Shown here: piece after piece, positions 8,795 to 18,526 of the stretch
How positions within the stretch are numbered: position 1 is the stretch's first letter
How the letters are laid out: the number at the start of each line of letters is the position of its first letter
Source: an uncultured virus (IMG/VR IMGVR_UViG_3300032138_000963)
Lineage: Duplodnaviria; Heunggongvirae; Uroviricota; Caudoviricetes
Length of the DNA stretch: 64,000 nt
Strand: one strand, 5' to 3'
IMG/VR virus record: IMGVR_UViG_3300032138_000963
Made by a program: the position numbers and the translations under genes
Notes under the pieces: generated by a model
The model's input: the letters and a program-made list of their open reading frames with translations, nothing else
Told to the model about the DNA's origin: nothing
Databases searched by the model: none

Positions 8795-9403
8795 ATGGCA
8801 AAATCCGCACTACCCCTCATCGTTGGCGCCGGCGCGGCCGTCTTTCTTTTGATGCCAAAAAAGAAGAAGACGCCCGTAGTGAAAAAGAACGGCAACGGCA
8901 ACGGAAACGGCACGAAGACCGATCCGAACATCGTCATGTCCGGAACGAAATCCGAATGGGGATGGCGAGTGAGGAAAGAACCCGGCCAGCCAGGCTTCGC
9001 AGATCGATATTTCGGCGAGGTGAAAGACCCGGCCGCTGCGCTCACCTGGGAGACCGTGCACGACACCGGTCGCAGCAAGCCCGACGAGGCCAAGCTTCTC
9101 GCCTGGGAACGCATTGCCCAGGAGCTTGCCGACGAGGCCAGTCAGACGTTCAACTGGGAGCCAGCTCGCGCCCACAATGAGGGCAAGCTACGCGAGCAGT
9201 ACCCCGATGCGTCACTGAGCGTTCTCGACACCGGGTCGATGTCCAAAAATGGCGTGAAGTGCAATTGGGCCATCATGGACGTCCTTCCACCGATCGAGCC
9301 TGGCGCATACGCAGGGTTCGTTATCTGTCCGAAGACGAACGAGCAGATCAGTCGATTCGGCAACTCGATCGCCTCAATCAAGCAGGTACTCGAGATCACC
9401 TAG
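8795..9403 (+). CDS. Membrane-anchored protein (leader family)
   Basis: MAKSALPLIVGAGAAVFLLMPKKKK plus NGNG linker. Confidence 0.8.
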   Translation: MAKSALPLIVGAGAAVFLLMPKKKKTPVVKKNGNGNGNGTKTDPNIVMSGTKSEWGWRVRKEPGQPGFADRYFGEVKDPAAALTWETVHDTGRSKPDEAKLLAWERIAQELADEASQTFNWEPARAHNEGKLREQYPDASLSVLDTGSMSKNGVKCNWAIMDVLPPIEPGAYAGFVICPKTNEQISRFGNSIASIKQVLEIT

Positions 9404-9428
9404 CCCGTTTTCCGCGGGCACTCCTGCG

Positions 9429-9463
9429 CTGCCCCTCCCTCGCCCGAGGTGAGGGGCAGTTTC
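9429..9463 (+). terminator. Intergenic hairpin, possible terminator or processing site
   Basis: ctgcccctc...gaggggcag stem followed by tttc. Confidence 0.4.
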
Positions 9464-9478
9464 ACATGAGGGCCACAG

Positions 9479-10606
9479 GTGTCGAAGGAGAATCTCCAGA
9501 CCATTATCGTCTCCAAGGCGACGGCGAGCACTCGAAAGAGGGCCGAGAAGCTCGCGCGCCCTCACGCACGTCGCATATACACGTCGCGTGAGACGAGCGC
9601 GTCTTGGCAATTCCGCCAGCGTCCTCCCAGCGACTTCGTCAAGGGATCGTTCAAGTCGTTCCCACTCCCGCAAGAGCCTGGGATCGTCCTCGTCTACGGC
9701 AAGCTCAAGCGAAATCAGAACCCCGGCGACCAGAGGTGGCTGCAATTCAAGGGGGGCACCGACCGCGACGTCATTATGCGTGAGTGGGATTTTTGGATGG
9801 CCTTCGAATCTGGCCTGAAGAAAGTCAGGAGCACCACTGGATTACGAAAGGCCATCGCCCTCGCCGAGGATCGAGAGATTCAAACTCCGCTCATCCAAGG
9901 TCTGATCGTCAGGTCGATTGCCGATCGCGCTCGAGCGCTCCGAATCACACGGGTGCGCCAATCGACCGAGTCCGACGGGCGCATTTATCGACAGCTCAAG
10001 GAGGGGCGCATCGGTAACCCTAGCCGGAAGCTGAATAAATCGGCGAAACGAAAGTCGAAAAAGCCTAGCGCCAAGGCTCCGAAGTATATCAAGCTCCGGT
10101 CCCCCAAAACGATGCCAGATCCAGGGGCATGCGCATGGCTTGGCTCGATCGTCGAGTGGGGGTGGGTGATGGGCAACGGGGATTCGTCGAAGAAAGTCGA
10201 CGACAAAGGGAATGCGATCTGGGAGCCGAGATCCGAATGGATGTTCATGTGGTCTCCCAAGTACAAAGCCGTCGTCGCAGTTCGCCGACCTCGAAACATG
10301 TATCGATTGGCGGATGTTTCACGCTACGGAGGCGCTGCCAAGATGTTCGAGCGTTTCACTGCTCGCCCCGCCGAGAATACATTCGAAATTGACGTGCCCG
10401 ACGTGAGGCTGCACAAGCTCGGTGCCAAAGCGGCGCATATCGTGTACCGCTCTGATAAGTGGTCAGCACAGCGTCAAAAGTCCGACTACATCCACCCATT
10501 TGGCAAGGGGGTGCAGATTTACTGCGGTCCCAGCATTCAAAAACCCGAGGTGTTCATTTGCTTCGGAGGCAAGCTCACGCTTACAGAGCGCGGCCTTGTT
10601 TGGTAA
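9479..10606 (+). CDS. Basic multi-segment protein with xNP motifs
   Basis: Long ORF; RNQNPG and RIGNPS separate three segments. Confidence 0.75.
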   Translation: MSKENLQTIIVSKATASTRKRAEKLARPHARRIYTSRETSASWQFRQRPPSDFVKGSFKSFPLPQEPGIVLVYGKLKRNQNPGDQRWLQFKGGTDRDVIMREWDFWMAFESGLKKVRSTTGLRKAIALAEDREIQTPLIQGLIVRSIADRARALRITRVRQSTESDGRIYRQLKEGRIGNPSRKLNKSAKRKSKKPSAKAPKYIKLRSPKTMPDPGACAWLGSIVEWGWVMGNGDSSKKVDDKGNAIWEPRSEWMFMWSPKYKAVVAVRRPRNMYRLADVSRYGGAAKMFERFTARPAENTFEIDVPDVRLHKLGAKAAHIVYRSDKWSAQRQKSDYIHPFGKGVQIYCGPSIQKPEVFICFGGKLTLTERGLVW

Positions 10607-10625
10607 AATCCACCGGGAGAGAATC

Positions 10626-11294
10626 ATGGCGAATCCGAAGCGCGGTCACTGCAGTAACAGAGACATCGTCAATGCCCAAAAGCGGCTCTATTCCCCTCGA
10701 TACGATTTCGAGGGAGACGACGGTCTTGCCTGGTACGAACTAATCGACGCCGACGCCATGTGCTTTTGGGGCATGTGCGACCACGACAGCTACAACGCGT
10801 GGGTCAAGGCGACGGACAGGTACATCAATGACACATTGGTGCCGCACTACAAGAAGGTTCTCTCGCGCGCTGAGGCTGTCCACGGCGGCGCCGCCTTTCC
10901 GGTCGAGTTGACCGATCGATTCAACAAGGTCGAAGATGCGGTCAACTCCTGGCAGGCCGCCGGGTACCGGGCGGACAAGGGTTGGAGCGACGACTTTCGT
11001 CACCCGTTTGCCACCTGGTGGTGGGGTGAGATTCGGAAGATTATCGACTACTTCGATGAGGCTGCCTGCCAGTTCGATCAACTGGACGACGTTGCAGCCC
11101 ATGCACTCAAGCAGCCATCACTTGCGAAGGGTGCGCCCATTCGACAGCTCGAGCATGTCGAAGGCGGGTACCTTGGCGGTCACGGTGGCCCGTCGGGCAA
11201 GGGGAAGGGCGAGCGTTCCATGCTTGGAATGGCCGTCGGAATCGTTGCAATCGGAGCGGCCGGGTATTTCGGCTACAAGGTTCTTACGGAGTAA
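10626..11294 (+). CDS. Protein with C-terminal transmembrane anchor
   Basis: GGAGAG SD; C-terminal MAVGIVAIGAAGYFGY. Confidence 0.75.
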   Translation: MANPKRGHCSNRDIVNAQKRLYSPRYDFEGDDGLAWYELIDADAMCFWGMCDHDSYNAWVKATDRYINDTLVPHYKKVLSRAEAVHGGAAFPVELTDRFNKVEDAVNSWQAAGYRADKGWSDDFRHPFATWWWGEIRKIIDYFDEAACQFDQLDDVAAHALKQPSLAKGAPIRQLEHVEGGYLGGHGGPSGKGKGERSMLGMAVGIVAIGAAGYFGYKVLTE

Positions 11295-11297
11295 GGC

Positions 11298-12050
11298 ATG
11301 GCGAAAAAGACTTCAGCTCTCCCAATCCTCGCCGGCGGCGCTGCCGTATTGCTTCTCGCCGGCAAGAAGAAAAAGAAGAAGAGCAGCGGCAATGGCGGAA
11401 ATGTCCGGTGGGGAATCCGGGTGAGCCCGGACTGCGCCAAGGTTGATGTCGTCGACGTGAACCTCTTCCACAAGTTCATGTTCGGAGCCTTCAACGAATT
11501 GGTGAGTGCGGATCCGTCTCTCACGCTGATTCAGATGTCCGACGCCCTGTTCGGTGATATTGCTCCGAACTGCTCCGGGTTCCCTGAGGATCCCGAGAGC
11601 GCCGAGGTGGCCGAGCTGTACGCCATCATCGCGCGGAATGTCGGGCAGTTCATGGTCGCGGATCCGCGTGTGGATCTGACCATGGGGGCACTGATCGACG
11701 AGGCGACTCAGATCTCCTTCACCGACTGGTACCGAGCTTGGCGAAACTACCCGTCTTCGGATGTCCCGGAGGCGCCGGATAATCAGGTCTCATTCTCGAG
11801 CGACCTATCGACGTTCAAGGTTGGGTCGAACTGGTACGTGGATACGATTCTCCCGTTCGTGGGTGAGGCCGGCGAGGCTGGTCGACTCGAGACCGCCTTC
11901 GAAGATTTCGTGGGGAATCGCGGCGTGTTGGTTGGCAAGTTCGTGATGCCGATCGCAGAGCTTCCACAAGACAACGAGACTGTCGTCCGATTCCTCAATG
12001 AGCTGCAAGCCTCAATCCAGCAAGCTGAAAAGGAGATCGTTGGCGCGTGA
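11298..12050 (+). CDS. Membrane-anchored protein (leader family)
   Basis: Starts MAKKTSALPILAGGAAVLLLAGKKKKKK. Confidence 0.8.
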   Translation: MAKKTSALPILAGGAAVLLLAGKKKKKKSSGNGGNVRWGIRVSPDCAKVDVVDVNLFHKFMFGAFNELVSADPSLTLIQMSDALFGDIAPNCSGFPEDPESAEVAELYAIIARNVGQFMVADPRVDLTMGALIDEATQISFTDWYRAWRNYPSSDVPEAPDNQVSFSSDLSTFKVGSNWYVDTILPFVGEAGEAGRLETAFEDFVGNRGVLVGKFVMPIAELPQDNETVVRFLNELQASIQQAEKEIVGA

Positions 12051-12478
12051 GCCTACGTGAGGAATACGGCCACTTCCTCCTTCTCGGTGCCGGGCTTTTG
12101 ATGCTGGGCATGGCGAGTAAGCGCAAGCCGAGGAAGATGGAGGACCGGTCGGGGGAGAAGTGTGATCCAGATGAGGTCACACCCATGGGATACCAGTGCG
12201 GTCAGGTGCGCGGCGGATGGGAGCTGAGTCCCGAGCCCGAGCATTTCGCTGGCTTCGGCCCCTACATCAACCGGGAGAGCGTCGACGTGGCCCTCGCTCG
12301 TGTCGGCTTCCCAGATGGGAACCTCGCCGGATTTCAGGGGTACATGTCCTTGGTCTACGGGCGAGACCTCCGAAAGGATGGCGAGGTCGATGGCTCGAGC
12401 ATGCATGCCCTGCGCGACGCCGAGCAGATGCTTGGCCGGGATGAGTGGGTCTTTCCGAGAGGGGCGCAAACAGGATGA
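12047..12478 (+). CDS. Membrane-anchored protein with degenerate PG-binding-like C-terminus
   Basis: FLLLGAGLLMLGMASKRK; ALARVGF...LAGFQ...LRKDGEVDGSSMHAL. Confidence 0.65.
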   Translation: MSLREEYGHFLLLGAGLLMLGMASKRKPRKMEDRSGEKCDPDEVTPMGYQCGQVRGGWELSPEPEHFAGFGPYINRESVDVALARVGFPDGNLAGFQGYMSLVYGRDLRKDGEVDGSSMHALRDAEQMLGRDEWVFPRGAQTG

Positions 12479-12999
12479 GCGACGAGACTCCAGCTCAAAA
12501 TCCTCCGCCACCCAAGAGTAGTCCGCTCCTGGAGCCCGAGGAAAAGGGGATCGGCGATTACCTCATTCCTGGACTCCTCGGGGTCGCAGGTGCGGCGCTT
12601 TTGTACAAGTCGATGTCCAAGAAGAAGTCGTCGAATGGTGGCTCGTCGAGCAAGGTGGAAGCGTCCGACAACGAGGTCAAGTTCTCGAAGGGGTATTCGA
12701 ATTACGCCGTCGGCAAGGACTGGGAGGAGATGACGCTCGAGCCCTACCTCGCAGAGCAGGCTGAGGAGGGCAACCTCATCACGGCGGATTACGCCGACGA
12801 CTCGATGGTTACCGTCGAGATGATTCGGCCGTCCATGAAGGACAGTCGAGCGAAGACGCTTGCGGCATTTCGGTCTACCCACAAGGTCGGCACTACCGAC
12901 GGTGAGGTCCCCATTTCCAAACTTCCGAGCAAGTCCGGTGTTCAGAAGTTCAACGCGTGGCTCGACACTCAAGTCGAAAAGTTCCAGGAGGAATACTGA
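12475..12999 (+). CDS. Membrane-anchored protein (leader family)
   Basis: LIPGLLGVAGAALLYKSMSKKK; shares a domain with 11298 and 14510. Confidence 0.75.
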   Translation: MSDETPAQNPPPPKSSPLLEPEEKGIGDYLIPGLLGVAGAALLYKSMSKKKSSNGGSSSKVEASDNEVKFSKGYSNYAVGKDWEEMTLEPYLAEQAEEGNLITADYADDSMVTVEMIRPSMKDSRAKTLAAFRSTHKVGTTDGEVPISKLPSKSGVQKFNAWLDTQVEKFQEEY

Positions 13000-13943
13000 T
13001 GGCTGTCAATCTACTCCCAATCGTTCTCGTCGGCGGCGCTGCTGCCGTGGTCGTTTCTCAAGGCAAGAAGAAGGAGAAGGCCAAGAAGTGTCCTCCGACG
13101 ACGGTCATCACGGTCGGCGAGATGAAGACCGTGGCCGAGCGCGCAGTCGCAAAGCACGGGTCCGCTGCGGATCCAGCAGCCGAGGCGAACTACTTCGTCA
13201 ACGAAGTTCTTCCGCCAGGCTGCAATCGCTCGAGCGTGAACTCGAAGGTGAAGATCCAGATTCCTGGGTCGAAGAACGATTTCGAGATGACGATTCCCGA
13301 CGTCTACATGTTGACGTTCGCGCAGTCGCTTTCCACCCGCGTGGACGGTGGAGCGCTCGGTGAGAAGGAGGCCGAGAAGGTGTGGGCGCGCGAGCTGGAC
13401 TGGTACAAGAAGACGACCGGCACGAACTTCGACGCCGCACGAACTGGCATCGTCGAGTTCGGCAAGGCCGTCCTCGAGTCGCTCAAGGCGGCGATGGATG
13501 AAGCGATGGGCGGAAACGGAAAACCGCCGCCTGGGCCTGGCCCGATTCCCAAGCTCGGCGGGTGCCCTAAGGTCGTGAGCATCGATATCGGCGCCGCCGA
13601 TCCGGCTGTGCAGCAGGCCATCGAAGCTGAAATCGCCAAGGGCAACAAGGATCCATTCAAGCTTGCCGATGTGGTAATGGCTGTTTCCTTCCCACAGGGC
13701 TGCTCGAAGTCGGACTTCAATTCCACGGTTAATGTCATGATGACACCGCCCGGTGGAGAGGGTCCCACTATCGCGGGTAGCTACGACATGTCCACATTCT
13801 ATGGGATATCGGCGTGGTCGATCTCAAGGATGCTGCTCAAGCGGAATCTGATCGGGGCACCCAAGCTCGACGCCATCAAGGCGAAGATTCTCAACGACTA
13901 CCAAAAGCTCACAGGAAAACCATTTCCGGAGAAGCTGGACTGA
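12999..13943 (+). CDS. Membrane-anchored protein with internally duplicated Cys-containing domain
   Basis: MAVNLLPIVLVGGAAAVVVSQGKKK; CP...DP..A......PPGC..S occurs twice. Confidence 0.8.
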   Translation: MAVNLLPIVLVGGAAAVVVSQGKKKEKAKKCPPTTVITVGEMKTVAERAVAKHGSAADPAAEANYFVNEVLPPGCNRSSVNSKVKIQIPGSKNDFEMTIPDVYMLTFAQSLSTRVDGGALGEKEAEKVWARELDWYKKTTGTNFDAARTGIVEFGKAVLESLKAAMDEAMGGNGKPPPGPGPIPKLGGCPKVVSIDIGAADPAVQQAIEAEIAKGNKDPFKLADVVMAVSFPQGCSKSDFNSTVNVMMTPPGGEGPTIAGSYDMSTFYGISAWSISRMLLKRNLIGAPKLDAIKAKILNDYQKLTGKPFPEKLD

Positions 13944-14506
13944 TGGCCAACAACGCACTCCCCCTCCTCGTCGCCGGCGGCGCCGCCCTTCTTCTCTTGA
14001 GCGGAAAGAAGAAGGGCCGGTCGTCGAAGTCGACCGCTACGGCAGCACCTTCTCCATATGGCGGCGGCGCTGCCCCTGGGCCTGGCGCGCCTGGGTCTCC
14101 GGCCCCGGCACCTGCCCCATCGAAACCGACGGCGACAAAGGACGAGGACCTCCTCGAGCCGATCGTCATCGAGCAGATGCTTCTCGACCTCGGATATCCG
14201 CCTGGAGCTGTCGATGGCGCCTACGATGCGGATACGGTGACCGCCATCGAGACGTTTCAGATGGATTGGAACTCGCTGATGGAATGGCTGTGGAAGCACA
14301 ATCCCAATATCAGCAAGGGCACTCCCAGGTACGGCAAGATCGGCGAGGATGGAAAATGGGGTCCGCAAACGGAGTCCAGGGCTGTCCGCGCGCTCGATAC
14401 TGTCGGGGTGACGGGGGATTCCTTCATCACCATCGGCGATGATCAGATCCCTGTCGACAACTTCCGCGACATGGTTCTCAAGTCCTATCAAGCCCTTCCG
14501 GTATAG
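13943..14506 (+). CDS. Membrane-anchored peptidoglycan-binding protein
   Basis: Family leader; IEQMLLDLGYPPGAVDGAYDADTVTAIETFQ...EDGKWGPQT is a PG_binding_1 pattern. Confidence 0.8.
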   Translation: MANNALPLLVAGGAALLLLSGKKKGRSSKSTATAAPSPYGGGAAPGPGAPGSPAPAPAPSKPTATKDEDLLEPIVIEQMLLDLGYPPGAVDGAYDADTVTAIETFQMDWNSLMEWLWKHNPNISKGTPRYGKIGEDGKWGPQTESRAVRALDTVGVTGDSFITIGDDQIPVDNFRDMVLKSYQALPV

Positions 14507-14509
14507 CTC

Positions 14510-15412
14510 ATGGCCAACCCCCTCCCACTTTTGATCGCCGGCGGTGCCGCGCTTCTCTTGCTTGGCGGCAAGAAGAAGAAGTCGCGTCGTAGTGGTGAGG
14601 TGATGGTTTTCGAGGATGAGATGGTCACTGGCGGATCGGACGCTTTGCCACCGGATTCTGAGATTGGCTTCGCTGAGGTCGTATTCACTCCGGATTTGAC
14701 GAAGTTCAAGATCGGAGCCGGGTACCGCATCAAGGTACTCGACCAGTGGCTCAACAAGCGCCGCCTCGAAGGGAAGCTTGCCACCGTCGACCACAATGCT
14801 GGCTGGCTGTACACGACTCTCATCGACGATCCGACGACCTGGCTAGGGGATATCACGAGTACAGGCAAGACTGGCGGCACGGTGATCTACGGAGCGCTGT
14901 GGCTCATGGCCACGGTAGGTATCGGCATCTACGCTTCGGGATTTGCCGCCGCCGGTGCGAATATCCACGCTGCCACGCAGGCCGCGAATGCCACTCGAGC
15001 GATGCAGATTCTTGGACCTCGAGCGACGCAGCTCGCCGGTCAGCTCTACCACAAGGGCTTCAGCTCGAGTCAGATTGCCATTGCCCTGATGGACTTCGGC
15101 GGAACCGAAAGCATGGCTCGATATGGCGTGAGTCGAGCCATCACAGGATTCAGCGGCGGCGCTGCAGGACTCGGAACGGCGATGGCTGCTGCCACCCTCG
15201 CGGAGATCGGTGTGAGCGCCGCCTTCTCTCCTGACATGGCCGCTAGCGCGACTGAGGCTGCCGCAGAGTTCACGATCAGCAACAGCGTAACGATTGCTGG
15301 CGAGCAAGTTCCAATCGCCCTGCTACCCGCTTCATATCCTGCGGTGCAGGAGTTCAACAAGTGGATCATGGCGTACATCATCCGCTTCCAGAAGATGACC
15401 TTCGAGGACTGA
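14510..15412 (+). CDS. Membrane-anchored protein with long Gly/Ala hydrophobic insert
   Basis: MANPLPLLIAGGAALLLLGGKKKK; additional internal hydrophobic helices. Confidence 0.8.
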   Translation: MANPLPLLIAGGAALLLLGGKKKKSRRSGEVMVFEDEMVTGGSDALPPDSEIGFAEVVFTPDLTKFKIGAGYRIKVLDQWLNKRRLEGKLATVDHNAGWLYTTLIDDPTTWLGDITSTGKTGGTVIYGALWLMATVGIGIYASGFAAAGANIHAATQAANATRAMQILGPRATQLAGQLYHKGFSSSQIAIALMDFGGTESMARYGVSRAITGFSGGAAGLGTAMAAATLAEIGVSAAFSPDMAASATEAAAEFTISNSVTIAGEQVPIALLPASYPAVQEFNKWIMAYIIRFQKMTFED

Positions 15413-15415
15413 GTT

Positions 15416-15796
15416 ATGGCCAAATCCGCACTACCACTCATCCTCGCAGGCGGCGCTGCCCTTCTTCTCCTTGGCGGCAAGAAGAAGAAGGGGAAGCCTA
15501 AGCTTCGTCGAGGATGCACGAGCATCAAGACTATTGGCGCACTCCTCCAGATGGACAGCGGTGCGGCCGCGAATTATCCGATGGTGCTCATCGTATATCC
15601 CGTCGGCGAGGAGTCGAAGGCCGAAGAGAGGTGCAGGGAATACGGGGATGGAGGGTGGTCAGCGGTGATGGTGAGCGTTCAAACCGTAAAGGCCGCGGCC
15701 GGCGACGAGATCGTACCTCCGGGCGAGTATTTGGCGGTGGACGGGCACACCGACCCCGCCTTTGTGGACTGGGCAACCGTAACGAGTTCAAGCTAG
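15416..15796 (+). CDS. Membrane-anchored protein (leader family)
   Basis: Starts MAKSALPLILAGGAALLLLGGKKKK. Confidence 0.8.
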   Translation: MAKSALPLILAGGAALLLLGGKKKKGKPKLRRGCTSIKTIGALLQMDSGAAANYPMVLIVYPVGEESKAEERCREYGDGGWSAVMVSVQTVKAAAGDEIVPPGEYLAVDGHTDPAFVDWATVTSSS

Positions 15797-15809
15797 GGGC
15801 TGAGATATC

Positions 15810-16841
15810 ATGGCAAATCCACTTCCACTTCTAATCCTGGGCGGCGGCGCACTCCTTCTCTTGACGGGGAAGAAGAAAAAGAGGCCTTCGTCGAAGAAGA
15901 AAAACGGCGCCAAGACAAATGGCAACGGAGCCCTGCCTCCGCCGCCGGCCGACGAGGATATGGACAAGGAGGAAGAGGTGTCACCGACGCCGACGCCGAC
16001 GCCGACGCCTGGCCCAGGCCCCGCGCCCACGCCAATGCCAGGCCCTGAGCCCGTGCCAGGCCCTGAGCCGGCTCCCTCGCCGGATGAGCCGCCCTCGAGC
16101 AAGCCGGCATTCGGCCCGAGTGGCGTAGGCAGCTGCGCGAACGCGATCTACAACCGAGATCCCCAGTACGTTTCGCCCGACATCGTGGTCTCGCAAAAAG
16201 CGCTGACCATGTTCAGCGAGGCTGAATACTACTTCTACATGCGCGGCGATTTCCAAACGAAGCTGTACAACTACATGCTTCAGCGGTTCCAGGCGATGAA
16301 GGCTGGGCAGGAGCGTCGTACGGTGGCAAGCGTGGTCCTGCGTGAGGCTCTCAAGCACTTCAACTCCGGGTGTAAATGGGAAGTCGCCATCGACTCCCTT
16401 GGGCAGCCTGAGCAATATGTCTGGAAGAGTGGCCAGCGCCTCGCCATCATGGCCCAGGTCACCGCAGGTATCGAGGATCCCGGCTTCAAGACGCTGTTCC
16501 AGACCGGCAAGCGATATTCGATCACTCGAGAATCCCTCGGTGAGCCGGACCCCGGGTTCTTCGGCGCTCAGAAAAAACCTGTCCCAGGAACGCGTGTCGA
16601 AGCCCTGGTCACTGATGCGAGCCAGGAGAGCGCTGAGCACATCATCGGGGAGGTCGTCAAGCTGACGGGACCGAATGGTGAGCCGGATCTATTCGAGATT
16701 CGCATCATCGACAAGTTCCAGGGCATCAACGTGTCTCCGCGCCTCCGAACGAAACACGGATTCAAGGTGGGCTCGAACGCCTACTTCAGCCAAAAGGGGC
16801 CAACCGGTATCTACCGGATCTTCCCGCAGGGAATGGTGTAG
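15810..16841 (+). CDS. Membrane-anchored protein with Pro-rich stalk (leader family)
   Basis: MANPLPLLILGGGALLLLTGKKKK; PT/PG/PE repeats. Confidence 0.8.
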   Translation: MANPLPLLILGGGALLLLTGKKKKRPSSKKKNGAKTNGNGALPPPPADEDMDKEEEVSPTPTPTPTPGPGPAPTPMPGPEPVPGPEPAPSPDEPPSSKPAFGPSGVGSCANAIYNRDPQYVSPDIVVSQKALTMFSEAEYYFYMRGDFQTKLYNYMLQRFQAMKAGQERRTVASVVLREALKHFNSGCKWEVAIDSLGQPEQYVWKSGQRLAIMAQVTAGIEDPGFKTLFQTGKRYSITRESLGEPDPGFFGAQKKPVPGTRVEALVTDASQESAEHIIGEVVKLTGPNGEPDLFEIRIIDKFQGINVSPRLRTKHGFKVGSNAYFSQKGPTGIYRIFPQGMV

Positions 16842-16844
16842 AGC

Positions 16845-17945
16845 ATGATCGGACTCCTCATAGCTGCTGGCCTCGTTGCGAAGCTCGTCTCTGACGATAC
16901 TGCAAGGAGGAAGAAGGCGAGAAATCGACGCCTCAAGGAGGCTCGCGGGTCCACGCCGGATGAGCCGGGAGAATGGCGGAAAAAGTACACCAGAGGAGGA
17001 GGGTCCAAAGGTGCAAAGTCCATCGATATCGATGGCAATTCGCCTCCATCGAAATTGGCTCCCGATGCTGTCTGGGTTGGTCGGTCACCTGACGGCGTGA
17101 TCTGCACTGCGGTCGTTTTCGGCGACGGTACCGGTGAGGCGTTTTGGAAAAACAAAGCACTTCCAGTCGCCAAGAAGTACATCTCCGAGGGGTGGGGAGA
17201 TCCCTATCTCATCGCCGTACAGATGATTAGGACGATGGCGCCCTGTGCCGAGGAATTCCCCCATCTTGCCATTCAGCACTGGGACTATGAGGAGCGAGCT
17301 GAGGTGCACAATAGGACGGGCGAATGGCCGCCCGTTGAAGGGGATCTCGACAGCGATGGCACCCTCACTCTCGCTGAGAGGGAGTTCGGTCGGGAAATTT
17401 TCCTGAGGGCGTACAGGGATGTGTATTACCTCATCCAGTTCTTGCACGACAAAATCGCCGAACTGATGGGTCGGGAAGATCAGATCATCAAGTTCGACAG
17501 TCGCTGCGAAGTCACCTTCGTCGGCAAGAACTGGCACGGCCGACCTCAGAGCAACCCAAACATCCGCAATACGTCAGGTGCGGAGGTTATGGCTCGGTTC
17601 TACGTCGAGTACATGTACCCGGTATCCTCGAACTACAGCGATCACCATCACCGGTTCAAGGCCTGGCAGCTCGCCGATTCCGACGAGAAGTACATGAACT
17701 GGTACGACAACATCGCAACGGCGATAATCAACAGGATGCACCCAGAATGCGGCATCGCCCTTGCCAGCGCCTTCAAAAAGGAGCCCTTTTCAGCGGAGTC
17801 GTTCTTCGCTACCCGGCCAGGCCTCGAGGCGGAGTACTATTCCCTCGTTGATTTGATTCAGTTTGTCGAGGATCTCCGAGAGGGCGGTATGGATATCAGC
17901 TTCGACAACGTCAACTACTCCGAGGGGCTAGTGTTCTACGGGTAG
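16845..17945 (+). CDS. Membrane-anchored protein, paralog of 18527..19498
   Basis: Near-identical blocks LAPDAVWV, GEAFW, DVYYLxQFLHDKIAELM, NRMHPECGIA, FFATRPGL. Confidence 0.8.
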   Translation: MIGLLIAAGLVAKLVSDDTARRKKARNRRLKEARGSTPDEPGEWRKKYTRGGGSKGAKSIDIDGNSPPSKLAPDAVWVGRSPDGVICTAVVFGDGTGEAFWKNKALPVAKKYISEGWGDPYLIAVQMIRTMAPCAEEFPHLAIQHWDYEERAEVHNRTGEWPPVEGDLDSDGTLTLAEREFGREIFLRAYRDVYYLIQFLHDKIAELMGREDQIIKFDSRCEVTFVGKNWHGRPQSNPNIRNTSGAEVMARFYVEYMYPVSSNYSDHHHRFKAWQLADSDEKYMNWYDNIATAIINRMHPECGIALASAFKKEPFSAESFFATRPGLEAEYYSLVDLIQFVEDLREGGMDISFDNVNYSEGLVFYG

Positions 17946-17976
17946 ATGGCCTAAGTCCAGGGATTCGAGAATAACC

Positions 17977-18522
17977 ATGGCAAGCAAGACCAAAAAAGCA
18001 GCTGCACTTGGCGCCCTCGCGCTCCTTTTCCTCATGGGCGCCAAGAAGCCCAGCAAGAAAAAGAAGAACGGGAACGGCGCGAACGGTGACGGCATGGATG
18101 GGGGTGGGCATGACCCATACGACCCCGAGGATGAGGGCTTCGACCCGAGTGGGCCACCCGGCCCAGCCCCGGACGACGGCTCGGGTGGTGGCGACGAGAT
18201 TTTCCCGTCGCCAACTCCGACGCAGGGCGGTCACTACGGAATCAAGAAGGGCGACACCTTTGTAGGAATCGCCCGAGCCCTATTTCCCGAGGCCGGCGGA
18301 GCCGAACGCATCGCCATCGCTCGGGTGATCAACGAGCACCCGAGGAACGCTGGGCTACTCATCGTTCCGAAGAAGGAATGGAACAGGAAGTACATCGGGG
18401 ATCTGATGATTTCGTTCTATCCAGACTGGATGGCGAATCCTCGTTTCGAATCCGAGAGGTTCGAGTCCGGCCATTCTCTGGCCACAATCTACATCCCAAC
18501 TTTCGAAGAAGGAATGGTGTAA
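17977..18522 (+). CDS. Membrane-anchored LysM-like protein
   Basis: AAALGALALLFLMGAKKPSKKKK; HYGIKKGDTFVGIARAL. Confidence 0.75.
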   Translation: MASKTKKAAALGALALLFLMGAKKPSKKKKNGNGANGDGMDGGGHDPYDPEDEGFDPSGPPGPAPDDGSGGGDEIFPSPTPTQGGHYGIKKGDTFVGIARALFPEAGGAERIAIARVINEHPRNAGLLIVPKKEWNRKYIGDLMISFYPDWMANPRFESERFESGHSLATIYIPTFEEGMV

Positions 18523-18526
18523 ACCA

